Shown here: positions 1 to 8,513 of the stretch, one piece after another
How positions within the stretch are numbered: the first letter of the stretch is position 1
Layout of the letters: each line of letters starts with the position of its first letter
Notes under the pieces: model-generated
What the model saw: only the letters and a program-made list of their open reading frames with translations
Database searches by the model: none
What the model was told of the DNA's origin: nothing
Source of the DNA: a virus
DNA length: 64,000 nucleotides
Virus record (IMG/VR): IMGVR_UViG_3300033148_005363
Location: 1-64,000 of that record
Reading direction: 5' to 3' (one strand)
Translations under genes and position numbers: made by a program

Positions 1-10
1 CCCCCCCCTG

Positions 11-466
11 GTGCTCCCCCTGTCGATCATGCGGTTCATCGCCCTCGTGATCATGCTCCTCCAAGAGCTAATCGACAATCTCCACTCACTTGACCAGGCG
101 ATCACTGACGCAGAGTACGCTATCCAGAAGGGCCAGGAGCGCGAAGACGACGACCTGATCGCTATCGGGCAGTGCGCGCTCTCCAACGTCGAGGCAGAGA
201 TCGAACAGGCGATGAGTATCCTGACCATGCTGGGAGCGCCGATCCGGCTGATCAACGTGTTCCTCGCCCTCCTGGGGCAGCCCTGCTTCCGCTTCGACCC
301 GGATCCGAACCTCGACCTCAATGGCCTGATCATGTTCCTGCAAGCGATCCTCGACTTCCTCACCACCATCAACATCAATATCCCAGGTCTCCCGACCCCG
401 GACCTCTGCGACAAGTACTGGGAGTACGATCCGCTCACCAACAGTTTCAAGAAGGTCAGTTCCTAG
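11..466 (+). CDS. Hypothetical helical protein, probably 5'-truncated by the window edge; possibly virion-associated
   Basis: Only convincing + strand ORF; protein-like amphipathic sequence; converges on the minus-strand operon. Confidence 0.6.
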   Translation: MLPLSIMRFIALVIMLLQELIDNLHSLDQAITDAEYAIQKGQEREDDDLIAIGQCALSNVEAEIEQAMSILTMLGAPIRLINVFLALLGQPCFRFDPDPNLDLNGLIMFLQAILDFLTTININIPGLPTPDLCDKYWEYDPLTNSFKKVSS

Positions 467-475
467 CGACGACGA

Positions 476-1147
476 CTAGACATCCTGCGCCAACAGGACA
501 TCGCGCCGGTAGAAGCGTGGTTCATCTTTGGGGATCAGGGCGGTCTTGCTTGTCCGCTGCCGCCCGGGCCAATCGGTGAAGAATCGGACCTTGATCACCG
601 AGGGGGTGGCTCCGTAGACGACCCCGGGGACGGCTCGCCAGATCCGCGGAGCGCCCCGCTTCCCCCCGCGTACCCACACCTTGTCACCATCGGGGATCCC
701 GTACTCGACGACGTCCAGGGGGTACCAAAGCCGCTGTCGGCAGTCCTGGCAGAGATCCATGGTAACCGGGGCCCTCGGGTCCTTGTCCCGCTGGTAGAGG
801 TGGGCGTCGCATTCCACGCAGTGGCCGGGCAGGAATTTCCGCTTGACCTGGTCGGCGACCTTCCGCGCCGTGCGGATCTCGTCACCGGAGACGGGGGCCT
901 CGACGTCATGGAACTCGGCCAGTGCGACCTCCGCGGCCTTCGCACCAGCCCGCCGCCGATTGTAGTCCTGGACGGACAAGAAGTTCCGGCAGTTGACATC
1001 GTGGTGAATGCCGTCGGGATCCCAATACCCGGATCCCATGTAATACTCGTCGTAGCACGCCCGCCTGGTCATATGACGCCAGCGGGTATCGCCACCCGAG
1101 GCTTTCCAGCGCGCATCGGATCGGCAGTGTCGGCAGATGTCAGACAT
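476..1147 (-). CDS. Hypothetical Cys-rich (CxxC x3) protein, last gene of the cas-containing operon
   Basis: CRHC, CVEC, CQDC motifs; starts 3 nt after the csf3 stop with a GGAGG RBS. Confidence 0.6.
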   Translation of the reverse strand: MSDICRHCRSDARWKASGGDTRWRHMTRRACYDEYYMGSGYWDPDGIHHDVNCRNFLSVQDYNRRRAGAKAAEVALAEFHDVEAPVSGDEIRTARKVADQVKRKFLPGHCVECDAHLYQRDKDPRAPVTMDLCQDCRQRLWYPLDVVEYGIPDGDKVWVRGGKRGAPRIWRAVPGVVYGATPSVIKVRFFTDWPGRQRTSKTALIPKDEPRFYRRDVLLAQDV

Positions 1148-1150
1148 TCC

Positions 1151-1828
1151 TTACCTCCTCCAGGGCAAATAGTCCCCCGCCTCCACATAATCACCCACGT
1201 CGCACATAGGGCGCGTGTCCACGCTGTTCCAGTACGGCGGGCGGGTGCGGCAGATCCGCACGCCGTCCTCGACAGGCAGATACCGCATCGCTTGCCCGTC
1301 CCGCACCACAGACAGGTCTTTGTCCACCACCTCGACCGTGACACCCACGACGCGCCCCCGCCCGCGTGCCCGGTCCCTGCCCAGGTAGCGGATCGGCTTC
1401 TGGCGGAAGAGCTTGGCCACCTCCTTGCGAACGCCGTACACGTACCCGACCATGGACGTACAGAGCACCAGGGGTAGGCCGACATTCCATTCCTTGCCTG
1501 TGCCAATCTGTGTATTCCAGGTGCCCTTGGTCATGTGCAGCCGGTCTTGCTGCATCTTCCGCCGTCGGTAGTCCATGGATTCAGCGGTCTCCCCGTCCGG
1601 GGTCAACGCGCTTGTGCAGTAGCCCCATACGGAGCGGTCAAGCCTCCATCGCCAGCGTCCCAGGGGCATCCTGATATCGTCCGGCCTCTCGTCTCTGGCC
1701 GGTGGCGTGAGCCCCTGGTGCGGAGCCAGGATAGCGCCCAAGAGCGCGTCGAGGTGGATAGGCTCATGAGGATCCAGCACTACGCCGGAGCCATCGAGGG
1801 TGAATGTGATCTTCAGTGGTCTCAGCAT
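1151..1828 (-). CDS. csf3: Type IV CRISPR-associated Cas5-family protein Csf3
   Basis: PLKITF start, PIHLDALL, Gly-rich loop YLGRDRARGRGRV, C-terminal RPPYW; start set at ATG 1828 after GAGGAG. Confidence 0.85.
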   Translation of the reverse strand: MLRPLKITFTLDGSGVVLDPHEPIHLDALLGAILAPHQGLTPPARDERPDDIRMPLGRWRWRLDRSVWGYCTSALTPDGETAESMDYRRRKMQQDRLHMTKGTWNTQIGTGKEWNVGLPLVLCTSMVGYVYGVRKEVAKLFRQKPIRYLGRDRARGRGRVVGVTVEVVDKDLSVVRDGQAMRYLPVEDGVRICRTRPPYWNSVDTRPMCDVGDYVEAGDYLPWRR

Positions 1829-1839
1829 TGGGTTCTCCT

Positions 1840-2568
1840 CTACACCATTCCGAGGTGTCGCAGCTTGCGATACAGCGCAGGATAGTGTCTGCGCACGTAC
1901 TCTGCGGAGCCGCTTTCCTCGCGCGTGACATTCCATGCCCAGCCCACGCGGATCGCGTTGCGGTCTCGCCACTCGGTGCGCTGATAGGCGGGGTGGATCG
2001 GCAGGCCGTGCTCGTCCAGATAGGCAAACGAATCAGCTCCCAGCCAGCGCCGCATCGGATTGGCTACAGCGCACCCCCAGTAGGGACTGTCCCGGATCGG
2101 GCCTCGGCTCTGGATAAGGATCTTGCGCTGCGGGGCCTCGTCCATGCGCAGCCCGACGAAGTTGAGCACGATCCCGTTTTCGATCAGTGCTTTACGGATC
2201 GGCTCCACAAGCACGCATTCATGAGTGCGACGGGTATTTCTCCGGGCGGCATCATGCCCCTCTTTTTTCCAGTGCGCCATGACATCGCCGGGGGCAATCA
2301 CCAGCGGACGCCCCAGCAACTCAGCAGTGCGTCTGACGACCCCCTCGGTTTCCTCCATCTCCAGACCGGAGTTGTTCCACATGACGACCGGGTCGCAATG
2401 CTGGACCACGATATGCGCCATGGCTACGGAGTCCTTGCCCCCGGACACTGCCACCGTCGCGGGGCCTGGATACTGAACGAGTGCCTCCTTGACGATAGCA
2501 TGGGCATCCGCTATCACGCCCCGATAATGGCGCCCCTGTGTATGCCTGTAGAGCACGTCCTCAAGCAT
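1840..2568 (-). CDS. cysH: CysH/PAPS-reductase-like protein (type IV-B accessory)
   Basis: PP-loop AVSGGKDS, FVGLRMDEAPQR, NPMRRW, LPIHPAY; start overlaps the csf1 stop. Confidence 0.85.
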   Translation of the reverse strand: MLEDVLYRHTQGRHYRGVIADAHAIVKEALVQYPGPATVAVSGGKDSVAMAHIVVQHCDPVVMWNNSGLEMEETEGVVRRTAELLGRPLVIAPGDVMAHWKKEGHDAARRNTRRTHECVLVEPIRKALIENGIVLNFVGLRMDEAPQRKILIQSRGPIRDSPYWGCAVANPMRRWLGADSFAYLDEHGLPIHPAYQRTEWRDRNAIRVGWAWNVTREESGSAEYVRRHYPALYRKLRHLGMV

Positions 2569-3271
2569 CGGCTGCGCTCCCGGCCGCTGCGTTCTTCCGC
2601 TCCTCAATGCTGGGCAACAGATAGCACACGAAGCGATACAGCGGAGACCTCCACTTGTCCGCGCTCCACTTCTCGAAATCCAGCCAGGTGCTGATTCCGG
2701 AGCGCTTGATCGTGGCGACGTTCGGGTGTCGGGATTCCAGCGCTGGCCGCCCGATCCCGCTTTCCAGATACCCGCACAGCCGGGTGTACATCGCCCTCAC
2801 CGCTGCGCCGTCTGAGCAATCCACAAGCACGTCGTCGAATGCCCACAGGGCGCTGCGCGGGTACGCGTTGACGCGGGCTACCAGGATCCCGTGCTTCTTG
2901 TATGACGTGGTGCAGTAGGCTGCCCATCGCTCAGGGGGCGAATCGAAGAACCCCTCCGGCCCCTCAAGGACGGCCCGGCGCACGTCCGGACGGCGGAGTT
3001 TGACGAACTGCCGGCCGTCGCAGATCCACGAACTCATCCGCTGCCATTTCCACTTGAGCGCTTGGTATGTCTCTACTCCTACCAGATCGCTATTCGGCGC
3101 AGCGAAGATTCCCTGGGTCGTGAAGTTGCCCCCGATCGCGTCCTTGCGGCGGATGCATGGCCCCTCCCTACCGGTGACCGCGCACGTCCCATGCACGGGC
3201 TCCTGTGGCAGCGGTACCCGCTCGGTGAGGGGTAGCAGAGCAGACGCTACCAGTTCAGCCGGACTACTCAT
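2561..3271 (-). CDS. csf1: Type IV large subunit Csf1 (Cas8-like)
   Basis: N-terminal CAVTG, SSWIC, TTSYKKHG motifs; lies between csf2 and cysH. Confidence 0.7.
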   Translation of the reverse strand: MSSPAELVASALLPLTERVPLPQEPVHGTCAVTGREGPCIRRKDAIGGNFTTQGIFAAPNSDLVGVETYQALKWKWQRMSSWICDGRQFVKLRRPDVRRAVLEGPEGFFDSPPERWAAYCTTSYKKHGILVARVNAYPRSALWAFDDVLVDCSDGAAVRAMYTRLCGYLESGIGRPALESRHPNVATIKRSGISTWLDFEKWSADKWRSPLYRFVCYLLPSIEERKNAAAGSAADA

Positions 3272-4499
3272 CCGAACCAGCGGGAGCGATAGCCGAGATC
3301 TCCCGGAGGAAATCCAGGATCATGTCCTTGTTCTCGGCGAGGAAGGTCTCGTACGGCTCCGAGGACGGGAGGTTGTCGTACTCGATTTCCACGCTCCCGA
3401 GCCCGCGGCGTCCCTCGGCACCCAGCCGCCCCTGCTTGCGCATGAGTTCCAGGCCGACAGCAAGCGCGGACAGTTCGACCTCCGAGATATGACCCAGCAG
3501 ATCCACGCCGCCCTCCAGTTCTACGCCTGTTTTCAGACACTCGGTGGTGGCGATCATGCCGGAGTGCTTGTCGTACTCCTCGCGGTCCTCGCGACGGGTC
3601 AAGAACTCCCAGCAGAAGAGCTGCGAAACGTTCTGCTCACCCGTCCCCCACTGCTTGCACAGCGGACGCAGGTCGTTCACCTGGATCCTGCCAGCCAGGA
3701 TCTTGTTGCCGACTGAGCACCCGAGAAGGCTGATCGACGGGAGCGTGTCGCGGAAGCGATGCACGCCCCTGGCCTTGACGGCACCGGCGCTCCCGAGTAC
3801 GGCGGCGACGGCCTTGTGCGCCTTGCTGGTCTTCTCTTCCAGCGCGCCCCCTGAGTAGAGGACCTGGAAGAAGTAGGGCTCGATCGGTGGATTGCTGCGG
3901 CTGGGGACCAACCCCAGATTGTCTAGCAGGTGGTCAGCCAGCAGGTCCCGCATCCGGCCCCGGAACGCGTTGCCCGCGTAGTACGGCAACGACAGGACCT
4001 TGTCCGTATCCGTAAGCACGTCCAGGCGGCGGAACATCGTGGCATTCCCGGCTTTGATGTCCGCGCCGTGAGACAGCGGCGACAAGCACTGGACACGGAT
4101 CGGGATGTCGAATCCTCTCCGCTGGGGAGCTGCCCCGCTGGCCCCCTCGTCTGCCTCGATATCGATCGATTCCAGGCTGGACAACAGCATGGCCTCGTCC
4201 GTGACGGCCGAAAGCATCGCCGCTATACGGGAGTGCCCCGACAGCCAAGCCACCACGGCCGGCGCGTCGGGGTTCGCGCACTCGGTCAGAAACGCGGTGA
4301 CCGTGGTCTCCGCTATCTTGTCGGCCGCGAATTCCACGGACTCCACCAGATGTTCCATCATGGACACCAGGCTGGCCTCGGTGCACGCCTGCCGGATGCG
4401 GTCAGCGAAGAAATCCAGGAAGTTCCTGGAAACCTTCATCTGCGCGCCGTCGCGCACAGCGCTCATCATCCTGATTGTCGTTTCGAGTGTCTTGTTCAT
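3264..4499 (-). CDS. csf2: Type IV Cas7-family Csf2 with an N-terminal helical (Cas11-like) extension
   Basis: LSPLSHG, PYYAGNAFRGRMRD, LYSGGAL, PSISLLG, FLTRREDR, G-loop LGAEGRRGLG; about 120 extra N-terminal residues. Confidence 0.88.
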   Translation of the reverse strand: MNKTLETTIRMMSAVRDGAQMKVSRNFLDFFADRIRQACTEASLVSMMEHLVESVEFAADKIAETTVTAFLTECANPDAPAVVAWLSGHSRIAAMLSAVTDEAMLLSSLESIDIEADEGASGAAPQRRGFDIPIRVQCLSPLSHGADIKAGNATMFRRLDVLTDTDKVLSLPYYAGNAFRGRMRDLLADHLLDNLGLVPSRSNPPIEPYFFQVLYSGGALEEKTSKAHKAVAAVLGSAGAVKARGVHRFRDTLPSISLLGCSVGNKILAGRIQVNDLRPLCKQWGTGEQNVSQLFCWEFLTRREDREEYDKHSGMIATTECLKTGVELEGGVDLLGHISEVELSALAVGLELMRKQGRLGAEGRRGLGSVEIEYDNLPSSEPYETFLAENKDMILDFLREISAIAPAGSDE

Positions 4500-5065
4500 T
4501 GCTTTTCCCTCCATTTTCTCTGTTGGTACACCACTACATACACCCCGTGCCTGACCACCCTGAGCCGCTTCTGCTCAACGAATCTCAGGAGGATCGTCTC
4601 GACCTTGGCGACCGTCTCCGCCCCGATCTCGCTCTTGATATCGAATGCGTACCGATGTTGCTCATCCTCAAGCAGGTGCGGGATCAACGTCGCCGCCGTG
4701 AACGGCTCATCCGCCTTGGGCCGGAGCACGCGGAGAACCTCCTCAAGCGCCCGTTGCCGCAGCACGCGCTTTCGAAACGCTCGGTTTTCTTCGTTGTCCG
4801 TGAGTCCCCATTTGCCCATGAAGTACAGGAGGTTCTTCGGCGTCCAGTGCTTGCCCTTGATCGTCGTGATCCCCGCTCTGTTCAGGCGATCGGCGATTTG
4901 CTGCGTCGTGTTCCCCTTGTCTTGACCATCTCGGATCATGGTGCGGACCCGTCGCTCTTCGGGGTGAGGTTGCCGACGCAGATTTTCCCAGCGCTTATCC
5001 GTCCGGTAGATCTTGAGGGGCCTCTTCTTGTACTTGTTGGGGACGTGTCTGTAATACTGGACCAC
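4496..5065 (-). CDS. DNA-binding protein with serine-recombinase-type 'Recombinase' domain and probable C-terminal winged helix
   Basis: IADRLNRAGITTIKGKHWT motif; no catalytic resolvase domain; ATGA overlap with csf2. Confidence 0.6.
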   Translation of the reverse strand: MVQYYRHVPNKYKKRPLKIYRTDKRWENLRRQPHPEERRVRTMIRDGQDKGNTTQQIADRLNRAGITTIKGKHWTPKNLLYFMGKWGLTDNEENRAFRKRVLRQRALEEVLRVLRPKADEPFTAATLIPHLLEDEQHRYAFDIKSEIGAETVAKVETILLRFVEQKRLRVVRHGVYVVVYQQRKWREKQ

Positions 5066-5074
5066 GGCGGGTTG

Positions 5075-5572
5075 CTACTGCTGATCAGGTTCGTCGGTGG
5101 AGGTATCGCCCTTGTCGCCGGGCTCTGCGAAGAGATCCCCGGTCCGAAGTTCCCGGAAGTCGACGCTGACAACCAGCCCGTGATTCCGCAGGATCTCCCA
5201 CGTGGGGCCGCGGTGCGCTTCCTCGTACAGGCACACGCTCACCTCGAAGGTCATGAAGTAGTTGACGTCCGTCTCCCCGTCATCGTTCTCCACCGCGCCC
5301 GCTACCTCGATCTTCGGCTTGGCAAGGGGGCTCTCCAGATCGAAGGTCCACTCCTCATTCGCAGCCCCGATGGACAGCGCGTGGGTCGCCAGAGCCTTCG
5401 GACCCGTGACCGTCTTCCCGAACGCGCCCAGGGACGAGGGCTCCATACCCAGCTCCCGGAGCTCGTCCTCTGTAATATGGGTGCGAAGCCCGATGGTTAG
5501 CACCGCCTTGTCGTTGAGCCGCCCGACCTTGATTGCCTTGATCGAGCACTTTTTCGTTTCTCTGTGGAACAT
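5075..5572 (-). CDS. Hypothetical protein
   Basis: ORF with GGAGGAG RBS inside the operon. Confidence 0.6.
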   Translation of the reverse strand: MFHRETKKCSIKAIKVGRLNDKAVLTIGLRTHITEDELRELGMEPSSLGAFGKTVTGPKALATHALSIGAANEEWTFDLESPLAKPKIEVAGAVENDDGETDVNYFMTFEVSVCLYEEAHRGPTWEILRNHGLVVSVDFRELRTGDLFAEPGDKGDTSTDEPDQQ

Positions 5573-5587
5573 CGTTTCTCCTCCGCG

Positions 5588-5899
5588 TCAGTTTAGTAGA
5601 CGCGCAAATTCTATTATCACGTCGTAATCGTTCACCTGGTGCCCGTCTGGATGCCTCCATGACTGCATCCGCATCCTGCCGATCGCAAAAACTACACCGC
5701 CCTTTCGCCCCCGCTCGAACAGATTCTGACCCACGCCACCGTACGCGACGGTCCTGAACCAGCAAGGATCGTCGGTCCCTGTTTTCTTGACCGTGTAGTT
5801 AGTGGCCATGGTCACCGTGCAATACGGCGTGCCCTTCCCCGATGTCCGCATCTCGGGATCCTTGCCCATGCGTCCAAGTATGAAAACCATGTTGAACAT
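5588..5899 (-). CDS. ssb: Single-stranded DNA-binding protein (OB fold only)
   Basis: NMVFILGRMGKDPEMR, ATN, WFRTVAYG, GRM..SW motifs. Confidence 0.85.
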   Translation of the reverse strand: MFNMVFILGRMGKDPEMRTSGKGTPYCTVTMATNYTVKKTGTDDPCWFRTVAYGGVGQNLFERGRKGGVVFAIGRMRMQSWRHPDGHQVNDYDVIIEFARLLN

Positions 5900-5902
5900 C
5901 GA

Positions 5903-6469
5903 TCATCGTCTCCTGTAAGTCATCGGGCCAAACCGCTCTACCAGCTCGTGTCGGTCAGCGAGTCCGCGTAGAACGCTGTCCACCGTGCGGAGATCACGGG
6001 TGTCCATGATCCGCGCTACGTGCTCAACGGTCACGGTCTCCCCCGCCCTGAACATCTGGAGCCTGTCGCGAATCCGGTCGATCAGGTGGTCATCAATCTC
6101 CGCACTCGCCGCGTCATCCTCCGTCTTCGGAAGCAGGCGCTCAGTGATCCCGGCAATCACCCGCTCAATCATCTCCCCCCGTCCGTTCTTGATGGCTTCC
6201 AGCGCTACGAGGAACGCCCGAAGCGCCAGTTTGCCACCACGGACATGGGGGTCATTCCGCCGCCCCTGATCGCCCATAACGATACCCTTCTCGTACGTTT
6301 CCTGAAGGGTCTGCCGCAACTCCATTCCGACCGCTGGCTCGCACAGGGACGCGTAGACCCGGGCCGCGATCCAGCCAGCGAGATCACGAGACGGGATCAG
6401 CACCCAGGCGTCATTGGCCTGCCGCCCTGACTCCCTGTGGTAGACGTCAAATTTCCGTTCCATCCTCAT
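5903..6469 (-). CDS. Hypothetical protein with C-terminal winged-helix-like segment
   Basis: TVEHVARIM..VDSVLRGLADRHELVER pattern. Confidence 0.55.
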   Translation of the reverse strand: MRMERKFDVYHRESGRQANDAWVLIPSRDLAGWIAARVYASLCEPAVGMELRQTLQETYEKGIVMGDQGRRNDPHVRGGKLALRAFLVALEAIKNGRGEMIERVIAGITERLLPKTEDDAASAEIDDHLIDRIRDRLQMFRAGETVTVEHVARIMDTRDLRTVDSVLRGLADRHELVERFGPMTYRRR

Positions 6470-6830
6470 CGCCTTGCGCGCTGCCAGTCAGAAACGACAC
6501 CCCGTGGAACACCGGCCCGATCCGATTCCGCCATTCGAGCATCCGCTCAACGGGAAACTCAGCAAGGTCATCCTCCGAATCGGCGATCAGGATATGCAGG
6601 AGCTGCCAGGAATCGTCGACGTACTGCCCCACTCCGTCCCCGAACCGTTCAACCAGCGCCTTGCGGTATGCCTTCAGAGCGAGCCGCTCCGCCTCGTCGG
6701 GATACTCTGGATACCTCTGTAGTGCCGCGCCGAGGGCGACGTTCCAGGCTGGCCAGATCGCCTCCCCGTCGACGTGTGCCTCCAGCCGCTCCCGCACGGC
6801 GCTCAGGATCTTGTCCCCGACGATGTCCAT
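6447..6830 (-). CDS. Hypothetical protein
   Basis: Start MDIVGD overlaps the upstream stop (TGATG). Confidence 0.55.
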   Translation of the reverse strand: MDIVGDKILSAVRERLEAHVDGEAIWPAWNVALGAALQRYPEYPDEAERLALKAYRKALVERFGDGVGQYVDDSWQLLHILIADSEDDLAEFPVERMLEWRNRIGPVFHGVSFLTGSAQGDEDGTEI

Positions 6831-7147
6831 CAGGGGGCCTCGACCGCGTCCACCGGATCCGCCGCGTCCGCCGCTGGTTCCCCTGCCTCTTCCCCTGCCT
6901 CCTCGTCGGTCATGCCCGGTAGATCCAGGAGGATCTCCAACCCGAGGTACTGAAGAATCTCCGCGGAGAAGTGCTTCTTCAGCGCGATCATCAGGGTGAG
7001 CAACAACGCCAATTCCTTGGGCACCTCGTGAACCCCGCGGCACCACCTACTCACCGTGTTGTAACTCCGGTCGACGAACACAGCGAATTCCGCCATGGTC
7101 ACACCCAGTTCCTCCTGCATCAACGCTCTGAACTCTTTCCCTTTCAT
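6830..7147 (-). CDS. XRE/Cro-like helix-turn-helix regulator
   Basis: LGVTMAEFA..RSYNTVSRWCRG..VP; first gene after a promoter. Confidence 0.8.
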   Translation of the reverse strand: MKGKEFRALMQEELGVTMAEFAVFVDRSYNTVSRWCRGVHEVPKELALLLTLMIALKKHFSAEILQYLGLEILLDLPGMTDEEAGEEAGEPAADAADPVDAVEAP

Positions 7148-7209
7148 CTGCTACCTCTTGTGTGGGAATATGCAACGTCTCACGCTGACCTCCGGTCCAA
7201 CCTGTGGCT

Positions 7210-7238
7210 ACTCTACGATACGTCGAACGCGCTGTCAA
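7210..7238 (-). promoter_or_regulatory. Sigma70-type promoter for the HTH-ssb-cas operon
   Basis: TTGACA-N17-TAGAGT on the minus strand in an intergenic gap. Confidence 0.7.
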
Positions 7239-7299
7239 GCGCGTATTGGACGGATCGTCGTTTGTGGGCCGGGGACCGAGGAGGCAGGGGGGGGGCGGA

Positions 7300-7728
7300 C
7301 TAGCGGCGGGTGGTTGCCGGGGAGCGGCGGCGGCGGGGGGTCCGCTTGGCCGGGGCCTTCTTCGCGGGGGCCTCGGTGGCCGCGTCGACGGGGAAGGTGC
7401 CCGCGGGCTTCGTGGCTGCGCGGATCCTGATCAGGTCGTTCCCGCTCGCGCGGTCCACCCCGAAGGCCACGTTCAACTTGAGGAGGCTTCGGTTTTCCAT
7501 CTGCTTGTCCGCCCACTCCATCGCCCGCCGCAGAGCGTCGACGTTCCGGGTCGCCTTCACCGTGGTCTTGGCGATCACCTTCTGGACGCCAGCCCCGGTC
7601 TTCGCGTCCACCGCCGGTCGCCGGTTGATCAGGGGCTTCGGCCCCGTGTCGTCGACCACCTCCACAAGCTGCACGTGGGCCAGCCGAACCTCGAATTCTC
7701 TCTCAGTCGCCGTCTTCGTCGCCTTCAT
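7300..7728 (-). CDS. Basic protein with histone-H1-like C-terminal tail
   Basis: Ends APAKKAPAKRTPRRRRSPATTRR; GGAGG RBS before ATG 7728. Confidence 0.6.
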   Translation of the reverse strand: MKATKTATEREFEVRLAHVQLVEVVDDTGPKPLINRRPAVDAKTGAGVQKVIAKTTVKATRNVDALRRAMEWADKQMENRSLLKLNVAFGVDRASGNDLIRIRAATKPAGTFPVDAATEAPAKKAPAKRTPRRRRSPATTRR

Positions 7729-8050
7729 TGATGCCTCCCTGTTTCTCTCTGTAAAATTCGCACGTCTGCGGGGCTCGCACGATATTGCACCGCGTATCCT
7801 CTCGGTCCTGAAAGAACCTGGATCGGGCCTTGAACGCGCATCCCCCACCCTTCTCCAAAAACTGGCAAACCAGCGGTCGCCTGACGACCTTGATGACCTC
7901 GTTCAGCCGGTCCATCTGATGCAGTCCCAGGGTGATATTCTGCGACAGGTTCAGGCGGAGCGCAAGAACCCGCTTCCGCGTGACCTCGTCCAGGCGATCC
8001 GATCCCAGGATCTCCTCAATGATTTCCTCGTAAGTCATTGCCTCCGACAT
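7703..8050 (-). CDS. Hypothetical protein with four C-terminal Cys
   Basis: ORF with GAGGAGG RBS. Confidence 0.55.
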   Translation of the reverse strand: MSEAMTYEEIIEEILGSDRLDEVTRKRVLALRLNLSQNITLGLHQMDRLNEVIKVVRRPLVCQFLEKGGGCAFKARSRFFQDREDTRCNIVRAPQTCEFYREKQGGINEGDEDGD

Positions 8051-8063
8051 ATCTGATCCTCCT

Positions 8064-8507
8064 CTATCGATCCCATGGCCGTTGCCGAGCCAGCCGCTTC
8101 ATCTGCCGCATGTAGTAGCACCCGTCTACGCGACACCCCGAGTTGCCCTGATGGTACGCACAGGCCCAGGTGCGAACACAGCGCCCCCTCCAGTACGAGA
8201 TTGACGCCACGCCTGCCCACGCACCCACCCAGAGCCAAGACACCATCAGAACGCAAGCAGGGCGCCCGTATCTCCCCCCCGTAACCTGGTACACGCCGCA
8301 AATCCTCCACGGGTGGTCAGGGCTCCATGGCTGGGGACGGTGGGAGCTCGTGGGATTGCGCCTGTGCTTGCTCTCGATCCACGCCACGGCCAGCGCCTCG
8401 TTGGGGTCTACGTCGTAGGCAGCGGCGAACAGGCAGGTGTAGACCTCTAGGGCGTCGCCGTCCGGCACCCACGTCCAGAGGATCAACGCTGTCAGGATTG
8501 GGAACAC
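8064..8507 (-). CDS. Lytic transglycosylase (SLT-like) with hydrophobic N-terminus
   Basis: ALAVAWIES, GVYQV, AYHQG lysozyme-fold motifs. Confidence 0.7.
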   Translation of the reverse strand: MFPILTALILWTWVPDGDALEVYTCLFAAAYDVDPNEALAVAWIESKHRRNPTSSHRPQPWSPDHPWRICGVYQVTGGRYGRPACVLMVSWLWVGAWAGVASISYWRGRCVRTWACAYHQGNSGCRVDGCYYMRQMKRLARQRPWDR

Positions 8508-8513
8508 GGCGCG

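Noticed and set aside
4496-5065. Serine integrase
   Set aside because: Only the DNA-binding motif is present; no catalytic N-terminal domain and far too short
1-7300. CRISPR array next to the csf genes
   Set aside because: No regularly spaced 25-40 bp repeats seen; the region is almost fully coding
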